A stretch of 64,000 nucleotides of DNA, taken from positions 1,228 to 65,227 of the forward strand of contig JAZRDN010000035.1 of the NCBI GenBank assembly GCA_045660295.1. The letters are read 5' to 3'. The notes below the pieces were generated by a model. The model was not told the origin of the DNA, made no database searches, and saw nothing but the letters and a program-made list of their open reading frames with translations. Below, one piece after another: positions 57,539 to 64,000 of this stretch; the stretch's first letter is position 1; each line of letters starts with the position of its first letter. Made by a program: the position numbers and the translations under genes. The DNA comes from Eubacteriales bacterium. Lineage in GTDB: Bacteria; Bacillota; Clostridia; Oscillospirales; CAG-272.

Positions 57539-58102
57539 ATGAAAAAAAGAGCCGCAATAATATTGAGCATAAGCGCGGTAGTGCTTTTGATATGCGTCCT
57601 TGTGCCGTCCGGAGTTTTGGGGGCGTCAAAGAATGAGTCTGTGGGTATAATCGGCGGCGCTGACGGACCTACGGTTATAATGATAACGGGGGCGTTTTGG
57701 GACGGAGTTCTCCCTTCTTTCATAACTCTTTCTCTGTCTACTGTTTTGTGCGGTCTGTTCTGCTTGCTCTTTTCAAAAGCCGTCAAAGAGCATTGTGCGC
57801 TTAAAACAAGCGGCATCGCGCTTAGCCTATCGGCGTGCGCTTCGCTTTTCTTTTACTGTGCTTTGCTTTTCGCTTCCTGCTTTATTATGACCTCGCCCGA
57901 CAAGCACCCCGTAATTCTTCCGTTGAGTATCCTTGTTGGCGCCCTTGCCGTGGTTGCTTTTGTCCTGCTTTTGACAGTTTACGTGAAATCGCGCGCTCAA
58001 AAAACAAGTGCCAAGGGTGTTTTGATTGATATTCTTCTGTTCCTTTCGTATTTGTTGCCGTTTTTCTTAGTATTTGATTTTGTCCGCAACTTGATAGCGT
58101 GA
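57539..58102 (+). CDS. Polytopic membrane protein with a GIIGGADGPT motif
   Basis: Start ATG 57539 (MKKRAAIILS..) after GGAG. 187 aa with about 5 TM spans. The motif is reminiscent of Na+-decarboxylase beta subunits. Confidence 0.65.
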   Translation: MKKRAAIILSISAVVLLICVLVPSGVLGASKNESVGIIGGADGPTVIMITGAFWDGVLPSFITLSLSTVLCGLFCLLFSKAVKEHCALKTSGIALSLSACASLFFYCALLFASCFIMTSPDKHPVILPLSILVGALAVVAFVLLLTVYVKSRAQKTSAKGVLIDILLFLSYLLPFFLVFDFVRNLIA

Positions 58103-58134
58103 AAAAATCTGACTCATTGGAGTCAGATTTTTTC
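58102..58134. terminator. Bidirectional terminator
   Basis: aaaaa-atctgactc-attg-gagtcagat-tttttt. Confidence 0.8.
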
Positions 58135-58142
58135 TGTTATTA

Positions 58143-58377
58143 AAAGCCTTCAAAGCCGCCGAAAGGGAATGGCGCACACAAAGCGAGTTTATGCAGGTGG
58201 CGGCTATCAGAGCGGTCTACGACATTATTTTTCAAATCCATAGCGAATATAAAAAGGCGTACGTGCCAGACGCGCATTTGCGCCTCATAGCCCCCGGCAC
58301 TTGAAAAAATTTCCGCCGAGTTCACCCAAAACGAAATATCGGTTGCCGAACTCGCCGCGCTTTGCAATGATAAATAA
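58143..58377 (+). pseudogene. AraC-family regulator remnant (linker region plus start of the HTH; frameshifted and truncated)
   Basis: ..FKAAEREW..AVYDIIFQIHSEYKK..LRLIAPGT-stop at 58302. The +1 frame continues EKISAEFTQNEISVAELAALCNDK-stop. Colinear with residues ~115-190 of the AraC gene at 60727. Confidence 0.5.
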
Positions 58378-58413
58378 AGGCAATATCAAACCTTTGTGGA
58401 ATGATATTGCCTT
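58377..58413. terminator. Hairpin terminator, copy A of a repeated element
   Basis: 12-bp stem aaggcaatatca / tgatattgcctt. Shares aaaggcaatat...ggaatgatattgcctt with 61527-61564. Confidence 0.75.
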
Positions 58414-58419
58414 AGTTTT

Positions 58420-60540
58420 TTAAAGTGTGTTTTTGTGTCCTATCAAAAAGTGGATAAGTCCGTTTATGTGCTCGCCAAGAAGATAGGTTCCGTTTTCATC
58501 TGTGACGAGCTTAAAGCGGCTGTCGTACTCGGGGGTGAATTTGGTGAATGTTGCTGTTGAAACAGCGCACTCGCAACCCTTTTCGGGGAAAAGGCGAACG
58601 GTGGCGTCTTTAAGTCCGCTTAAACGTATGGCGCGTCTGTAACGTGCGTTTACAGGAGGAGCCTCGCGGCAGGTTACAAATCCGCTTTCCTGCTCTACAT
58701 ACGCACGGCATTCTCTTTGCTCACCGCGGCTGAATCGGTATGCCGACTTGCCTTGTATCATTTCAGCGTCACAACCGATGAGAATAGGCGCTCCGAGTGG
58801 AAATCTGAATTTAGCGTCGGTGGTTGTGTTGGAGTTGTAAACCGAGAAAATAAGGGCGTTGTCCCGTCGGGAAATAGCCATCGTGGGGGGCTTTACAGTC
58901 TCCTCTTTTTTGGAAAAATCAATTTCATATCCAAGAGGTGCCAAAGCCGTTCTTATATCGCTCGGGCTTTTCTCAACGTCGATTTTTGTAAGCCCTTTAA
59001 AAGCTTTAACCGTGTTGAGCTTTTCGCTTGTGCCGTACATTATCACGTTTATACCATGCTCCCCAAAGGCGGTAAGCCTGTCAAGTACATTTGTGTTTTC
59101 GGGTACGGGTGATATCAAAATGCTGTTTTTGTACAGCAACTCGCTGTGCTTCAAAAAATTATCCGTAGAAACTACCGTGCAAAGCGGAAAGCCTTCGTTT
59201 ATGGCATCGCATATGTAGTTGTCACCGAGATTCATTTCTTTTAGCGTTGATGCGTCATCCGAGGTGGTATACTCGCGCATTGGATATACCCACACAAGCG
59301 GGGCAGGGGAATCTGCGGCGTTCTTTTCGGCTTTTAACAGATGCGGGAGAGGCTCGTTTACGCAATTGTCGGGCATATTACCGTGTGAGTTGTCTATGGC
59401 AAGAATATTCAAGGAGTTTGCCGACTCAACCTCGCCCTCAGCGTTTATGCGTGTAATCGCCATTGGCAGATAGATGTCACAGGGCGAGCCGTCGTATCGG
59501 TCGTACCAGGGGGAGTTCAACCACCATGGGTCGTGAATGTAATATCTGAACGGAAATCTTTCGTTTGGAAGCTCGCATATTCTTGTCATGTGCCCCATTA
59601 CTTCCAGTCCATAGTTGTCGTTCAATGCCGCCCAAGGAGAGTTTGGCGGCGCGGTGATATCCAAATCGGCATTATAGATGTCGTAAAGCGGAACTCCGTC
59701 GCTTGCGTAGTCTATGCCCACCGAATTGTTTGTTCCTCTTGTTTCGAGGGGGAACGAGCAATTTTCTCTGAACAGCTTCCAGAATTTAAAGACGTTTGCT
59801 TTGGTTTCGGTAAGCTTTTCGGGATAGTATTTTTCGCCGTCAAATATCTTTCCCGTTTTATCCCACGGATTTGCGCTGAAGCCGAGACCGTTTGAAAGCC
59901 AAAGATAATCAAATCCCATATCTGCAAGGAAAATTTCCGATTGCTTGCCCAGAAAAACGCCAAACGGGGTGTCTTGCGGGATTCCGTGAGGATATGCCGC
60001 GTATTCGCGTGTGTCTGCGTCAAGCAGTGCCGTTGCGTCAACAAAACCAAACTCACCGTCAAGTACAGTGCCCGAGCATATTTCTTGGTGTCGGTTGTAT
60101 TTGAAATCCGATTTTGTAAATTCGGGACCTATATCAAAGGTTTCTCCAACACGGATGATTGCATCGGGAAATGCCTTTTTTCCCTCGTCCTTCAAGGTAG
60201 ACACTATCTTTTTGAGAATAGCATAGGTCATTTTTGGTGCGTTTTTCAGGTATGAGTGTGTGCGGGCGTGAAGCGAGGTCTCAAGCGGTTCGTCTTCCGC
60301 TAAGAACGGCTTGTTAGCCGTGCCCCAAAAGCGCCCCCATTCAAATTCGTCTTCAAGTCTTCCCGCGTAATCGAGAATTTCGCTTCCGTCGCTTGTCCAA
60401 AGCATGACAGATATGCTTTCTCTTTCCTTCAAAAGCGGACGCCATTGCGAAAAGATCTGCGCGCAGACGTTTCTTATATACTCATCGTCGGTTTGCTTAA
60501 AGGGTTTAAGACTCATTTCAAGCGTAATATTTCGAAACAT
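58420..60540 (-). CDS. Large cytoplasmic protein of unrecognised family (possible carbohydrate-active enzyme, by context)
   Basis: Start ATG 60540 (MFRNITLEMSLKPF..) after GGAGAAAG. 706 aa with no signal peptide. Divergent from the AraC gene. Confidence 0.7.
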   Translation of the reverse strand: MFRNITLEMSLKPFKQTDDEYIRNVCAQIFSQWRPLLKERESISVMLWTSDGSEILDYAGRLEDEFEWGRFWGTANKPFLAEDEPLETSLHARTHSYLKNAPKMTYAILKKIVSTLKDEGKKAFPDAIIRVGETFDIGPEFTKSDFKYNRHQEICSGTVLDGEFGFVDATALLDADTREYAAYPHGIPQDTPFGVFLGKQSEIFLADMGFDYLWLSNGLGFSANPWDKTGKIFDGEKYYPEKLTETKANVFKFWKLFRENCSFPLETRGTNNSVGIDYASDGVPLYDIYNADLDITAPPNSPWAALNDNYGLEVMGHMTRICELPNERFPFRYYIHDPWWLNSPWYDRYDGSPCDIYLPMAITRINAEGEVESANSLNILAIDNSHGNMPDNCVNEPLPHLLKAEKNAADSPAPLVWVYPMREYTTSDDASTLKEMNLGDNYICDAINEGFPLCTVVSTDNFLKHSELLYKNSILISPVPENTNVLDRLTAFGEHGINVIMYGTSEKLNTVKAFKGLTKIDVEKSPSDIRTALAPLGYEIDFSKKEETVKPPTMAISRRDNALIFSVYNSNTTTDAKFRFPLGAPILIGCDAEMIQGKSAYRFSRGEQRECRAYVEQESGFVTCREAPPVNARYRRAIRLSGLKDATVRLFPEKGCECAVSTATFTKFTPEYDSRFKLVTDENGTYLLGEHINGLIHFLIGHKNTL

Positions 60541-60648
60541 TATCTTTCTCCTGTCGGATTTAAGTTTATTTAATTTTATGTTAGCATAATATGACAGACA
60601 TTTCAAGCGAAAATTTGCCCATTTATAGGACAATCTGCTCATTTTGCA

Positions 60649-60678
60649 TTGACAAATTAAAAGTGTATATGGTATAAT
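60649..60678 (+). promoter_or_regulatory. Sigma-A promoter (extended -10) of the AraC gene
   Basis: TTGACA (60649-60654), 18-nt spacer, TGgTATAAT (-10 at 60673-60678). Confidence 0.6.
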
Positions 60679-60726
60679 ATTTCCTACGGCGAGTAAGATA
60701 ATTTGCGCCGAGGAATAGGGTGATGA

Positions 60727-61524
60727 ATGTTGTTTTCAAACAATTTTTACGTGAATATAAAAAAGGTACATATTGCTCATAAATGCACCATGTGCAGGAC
60801 GCATAAATGCGAATACCCCGACGGCAGAAAATCCTATGGAGTGATATACTCCATTTCGGGAAATGTCGAATTCAGATTCCATTCGGGGGAACGTGTCGCC
60901 TTATCGGACGGGCAAGCGCTTTTTATCTCACCCTACACGGCGTATTCGGTCATAACCGATAAAGAATTTATTCATTATACGGTCAATTTTGATATATACG
61001 AGAGCGAATCCCGACCGGAAGAGCTTGACAAGCCCTACTGCCTTTTAAAGGACAGTAATACGGGGCAGCTTGAGTCGGTATTCAAAAAGCTGGTAGGCAT
61101 ATGGAGCCGAAAAAAAGTAGGCTATGAGATGCTGGCTGTGGGATGTCTTTATGAGCTGCTCTTCCTTTTGTATTTTTCTTGTGTTGACCAAAAGAATACC
61201 GAGTCATACCGCCGATTGGCACCCGCTAAGGAATATATAGAACAGCATTTCGATGGCGATATAAGCTTGGCGAAATTGGCATATCTTTCGGATATGAGTG
61301 TGACCAATTTCAGAAGGGAATGGAAAAAAATTTATACCGAGTCTCCTCTTCAATATCGTGACACAATTCGTGTACAGCACGCTAAAGAGTACCTGACCTA
61401 CGGGTATTATACCGTGGCGGAAATAGCCGCAAGATGCGGGTTTGATGACGTGAGTTACTTTATCCGCTTTTTCAAAAAGAAAACCGGTGTCACTCCCGGC
61501 GCGGCAAAAAAACATATCCTGTAA
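60727..61524 (+). CDS. AraC-family transcriptional regulator (cupin sensor plus two HTH)
   Basis: 265 aa. C-terminal ..ISLAKLAYLSDMSVTNFRREWKK.. and ..VAEIAARCGFDDVSYFIRFFKKKTGVTPG.. Confidence 0.9.
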   Translation: MLFSNNFYVNIKKVHIAHKCTMCRTHKCEYPDGRKSYGVIYSISGNVEFRFHSGERVALSDGQALFISPYTAYSVITDKEFIHYTVNFDIYESESRPEELDKPYCLLKDSNTGQLESVFKKLVGIWSRKKVGYEMLAVGCLYELLFLLYFSCVDQKNTESYRRLAPAKEYIEQHFDGDISLAKLAYLSDMSVTNFRREWKKIYTESPLQYRDTIRVQHAKEYLTYGYYTVAEIAARCGFDDVSYFIRFFKKKTGVTPGAAKKHIL

Positions 61525-61526
61525 AA

Positions 61527-61564
61527 AAGGCAATATTACCCGATTTTCGGAATGATATTGCCTT
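61527..61564. terminator. Bidirectional hairpin terminator, copy B of the repeated element
   Basis: 12-bp stem aaggcaatatta / tgatattgcctt with T-runs on both strands. Lies between AraC and spoIVB. Confidence 0.75.
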
Positions 61565-61596
61565 TTTCTTATTTGCCGTGCGCTTTTCGCTTTGCT

Positions 61597-62799
61597 TTAC
61601 CCCTCAAGCTCACCTATTTGATTCAGCATATTCTCAATAAATATGCCGTATCCCCTCGTCGGGTCGTTGACCAGAACGTGCGTCACCGCGCCGACCAGTT
61701 TGCCGTTTTGGATAATGGGAGAGCCGCTCATTCCCTGAATGATACCGCCTGTCTTTTCAAGAAGGGCGGGGTCTGTAACCTTGACGTTGAAGCACTTGCC
61801 GCCGTCGGCGTTTTTGTTGATGTCCGATATGCATACGGTATAGGCGTGCATACCCGTATCGTCAAGCGTGCAATAGATAGTCGCTTCGCCCTCTTTAAGC
61901 TCTCCCTTGAGTCCTATCGGCAGAGCCTCGGAGAGGGGATTGGCGAGCGGCTCGGTAAACACGCCGAACACTCCGCAATCTGTGTTTTGTATCATTGAGC
62001 CGAGCTTTGTCTGTTTGAAAAATCCTTTTATTTCACCCGGAGCGCCGCTGAGACCCTTTTCAATTCCGCTGATAGTTACGTCTACCACCGCGCCGCGACG
62101 CATGGGGATAAGCGAGCCTGTCTCGGTGTCACAGATCCCGTGTCCGAGTCCCGCAAAAACTCCGCTTTCGGGTACGATAAAGCTGACCGTGCCTATGCCC
62201 GCTCCGCTGTCGCGTATCATAATTCCGGTTTTGTATTTTCCGTCGCCGTGGCTTTTTATGGGAGTGACCTTGACATCGTGCGAGCTGCCCTCACGCATAT
62301 AGGTAAGCGTTATTTCGGATCCGCGCGACGCGTCTATAGCATCGCTTAATGAGCTTGTGCCGCCCACCGCTTTGCCGTTGATGTGGGTGATAATGTCGTG
62401 GAGTCTGAGCCCTGCGTCCTTAGCTGGATTTACCTCGCCCGCGTCTGTCTCAACGTCGCAAAAGCCCGCTACCATGAGTCCGTCGGTAAAAAATTTAACG
62501 CCAAAGGGCATGCCGCCCGGAATGAGCTTGGTATCCTTATAATAAGAGGTCAGCCCAACCGTTTTCAGCGGTAAAAAATCAAAAAGTCTGTATTCGGCGC
62601 AGGATATATCATCTCTGTTATCAAACTTTAAGGACGATGCTTCGGCATATAAAAATACCGGAAGCTCATCGCCCTCAAAATAAGATACGTTGTCGGGAAT
62701 TATATAGTCGTATACCCCGAGGATGCCGACAAGTAAGATAAGAAGTGACAAAGTAAGCACCGAAACGGTTTTGAAAATCCTTTTTTTCGATAATTTCAT
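61597..62799 (-). CDS. spoIVB: Stage IV sporulation protein B (S55 serine peptidase with PDZ domain)
   Basis: 400 aa. N-terminal anchor, PDZ (..LHDIITHINGK..), and ..GIIQGMSGSPIIQNGKLVGAVTHV.. catalytic Ser motif. Confidence 0.92.
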   Translation of the reverse strand: MKLSKKRIFKTVSVLTLSLLILLVGILGVYDYIIPDNVSYFEGDELPVFLYAEASSLKFDNRDDISCAEYRLFDFLPLKTVGLTSYYKDTKLIPGGMPFGVKFFTDGLMVAGFCDVETDAGEVNPAKDAGLRLHDIITHINGKAVGGTSSLSDAIDASRGSEITLTYMREGSSHDVKVTPIKSHGDGKYKTGIMIRDSGAGIGTVSFIVPESGVFAGLGHGICDTETGSLIPMRRGAVVDVTISGIEKGLSGAPGEIKGFFKQTKLGSMIQNTDCGVFGVFTEPLANPLSEALPIGLKGELKEGEATIYCTLDDTGMHAYTVCISDINKNADGGKCFNVKVTDPALLEKTGGIIQGMSGSPIIQNGKLVGAVTHVLVNDPTRGYGIFIENMLNQIGELEG

Positions 62800-62903
62800 C
62801 GCTTGTCTTCCTTGTTAAAATTGTTGCTTGCGCAATATTAATGTTTGCACGCAGTATGCTTTTAATGTGTAACAAATTTGATTTGAAAAACCAAATTTTA
62901 ATC

Positions 62904-62933
62904 TTGCGCGATTGGTACTTGATGTGCTATAAT
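62904..62933 (+). promoter_or_regulatory. Sigma-A promoter (extended -10)
   Basis: TTGCGC (62904-62909), 18-nt spacer, TGcTATAAT (-10 at 62928-62933). Confidence 0.5.
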
Positions 62934-62988
62934 AGTTATAATATATGTAAAACCGGCTTTTTTCATACTTTCCGAAAAAGGAGATATT

Positions 62989-63744
62989 ATGATAACCGAT
63001 GCAGAAAAAGGCAGATTTTCCGAAATTTGCCGAGATATAATAAACCGAGTTCATGAGCGTAGCGGTATAGGCACGTATAATGAAAAGATAATCCACCTCG
63101 TTCTCAAAAAGTTTTTTTGCGAGGACGAGAGTCGTCACGAGGTGAAGGAGGGGCGCTTTGTAGCCGATGCCGCCACCGACGATAGGATATTCGAGATACA
63201 GACAGGCGGATTTTACCCGTTGAAAAAGAAAATATCCTCATACCTTGAGGATACCGACAAAAAAATAACAGTTGTTTGCCCTATGAACGCTAAGCGCCGC
63301 ATGATATGGGTGAATGCCGAAAGCGGTGACATGGGCGAGCCTCGCCGAGTCACGCCGGGCAGACCGAAAGCAAAGTTTTTGCGTGAGCTTATGTGGATAG
63401 CCCCGATTATAGATTTTTCGCGCATGGAGTTTAAGCTTGTGTTTCTTGACGTTGATGAATATAAGCTTCTTGACGGACTCGGCGCGGAGAAAAAAATAAA
63501 GGCGACCAAAATCGACCGCATACCCAAAGAGCTGGTCGATATAGTCACCCTTGACAGCAGGGAAGCGCTTGCCGCGTTTTTGCTGCCCGAAAAGCTGCCT
63601 CGCGAGTTCCGCATAAAGGAGTTTGAAAAAGCTACGGGTCTGCAAAAAAAAGGAGTGTCCGCAGGTCTCCGCGCCCTTGAGCAGCTTGGCATCATAGGGC
63701 GCGAAAAACAAGGCGGACGTGTAACATACCGTATTATGATCTGA
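62989..63744 (+). CDS. Uncharacterised protein: PD-(D/E)XK-like N-terminal half plus C-terminal winged-helix-like region
   Basis: 251 aa. E32 .. D60 (FVADAAT) .. E69-I-Q71 (IFEIQTGG). C-terminal ..GVSAGLRALEQLGIIGREKQGGRVTY.. Confidence 0.6.
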   Translation: MITDAEKGRFSEICRDIINRVHERSGIGTYNEKIIHLVLKKFFCEDESRHEVKEGRFVADAATDDRIFEIQTGGFYPLKKKISSYLEDTDKKITVVCPMNAKRRMIWVNAESGDMGEPRRVTPGRPKAKFLRELMWIAPIIDFSRMEFKLVFLDVDEYKLLDGLGAEKKIKATKIDRIPKELVDIVTLDSREALAAFLLPEKLPREFRIKEFEKATGLQKKGVSAGLRALEQLGIIGREKQGGRVTYRIMI

Positions 63745-63981
63745 TTACTTAACGATAAATCTTTCGATTTTTGTGAGGAGCTCCTCGGGCTTGTCGGAAT
63801 AAACAGTAAGCCTGATGGGAGAGAGCAGATCAAGGCTGAAAATACCCATGATGGATTTGCCGTCAACGATGTAACGACCCGACTGAAGATCGATTTCGTC
63901 CTCGAAAGCCGCAACCGCGTTTACAAAATCGCGGACGTCGGAAATTGTGGCGAGCTTGATGTTTGTTGTAGTAGTTTTCAT
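63745..63981 (-). CDS. HPr-like domain protein lacking the phosphorylatable histidine
   Basis: 78 aa. ..VDGKSIMGIFSLDL.. matches the HPr Ser46 region. The His15 position reads ..ISDVRDF... SD aaaggagac upstream. Confidence 0.65.
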   Translation of the reverse strand: MKTTTTNIKLATISDVRDFVNAVAAFEDEIDLQSGRYIVDGKSIMGIFSLDLLSPIRLTVYSDKPEELLTKIERFIVK

Positions 63982-64000
63982 AGTAGTCTCCTTTCGTAAA

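Noticed and set aside
57403-57816. The 138-codon N-terminal extension of the DHHW ORF (MPLVLSAQCS..).
   Set aside because: It overlaps the divergent promoter and the first 90 codons of the plus-strand membrane-protein gene. The composition is odd. The internal ATG at 57402 gives a normal signal-anchor N-terminus.
58140-58367. A 75-aa minus-strand ORF between the membrane-protein terminator and the 706-aa gene.
   Set aside because: The plus strand of the same interval gives a much more convincing, though broken, AraC-like reading. The minus-strand ORF has no SD and would start inside a terminator.
62800-62880. Forespore (sigma-F/sigma-G) promoter upstream of spoIVB, expected from B. subtilis biology. 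GCATA and CATTAATA boxes are visible on the minus strand.
   Set aside because: The spacing between the two boxes is about 11 nt instead of the 17-18 nt required, and I could not find a better-spaced pair. I leave it uncalled.

Overview
This 64-kb chromosomal window looks like a spore-forming Firmicute, probably Clostridia-like: spoIVB is present and gene order parallels Bacillus subtilis. It is mostly tightly packed housekeeping genes. Minus-strand blocks: a shikimate operon (aroB-aroA-maf-aroC-MFS-chorismate mutase-aroE/aroK fusion-aroQ); yybS-gdpP-rplI-dnaB-tilS-ftsH; and yicC-remA-gmk-rpoZ-priA-def-fmt-rsmB-rlmN-prpC-prkC-rsgA-thiN-ygiQ. Plus-strand blocks: rimP-nusA-ylxR-ylxQ-infB, efp, an SPFH gene and tmk. 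Compared with B. subtilis, hpt (tilS/ftsH), coaBC (rpoZ/priA), rpe (rsgA/thiN) and rbfA-truB (after infB) are absent. I found no rRNA, tRNA, CRISPR array, transposase or integrase. Best lead: the ~230-nt leader of the shikimate operon (11929-12195, minus). It has a near-consensus promoter, a Shine-Dalgarno-preceded 18-codon ORF (MKSSIFAKSYFYLYYYNN, six aromatic codons in seven), mutually exclusive pairings and a strong intrinsic terminator. That is the layout of ribosome-mediated Tyr/Phe attenuation, not the T-box/TRAP control usual in Firmicutes. Other leads: a DUF5685-like / J-domain (poly-Cys tail) / membrane-protein module; a ~164-nt rod-like inverted repeat in place of hpt; a relic XRE switch leaving an orphan promoter-terminator unit (sRNA candidate) after infB; an acidic Cys-rich zinc-ribbon protein after efp; one AT-rich, probably acquired, lipoprotein gene; an AraC-controlled 706-aa protein of unknown family; a PD-(D/E)XK-like+wHTH protein; and four in-situ decayed genes. 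All product calls rest on motif recognition by eye; no searches were run.
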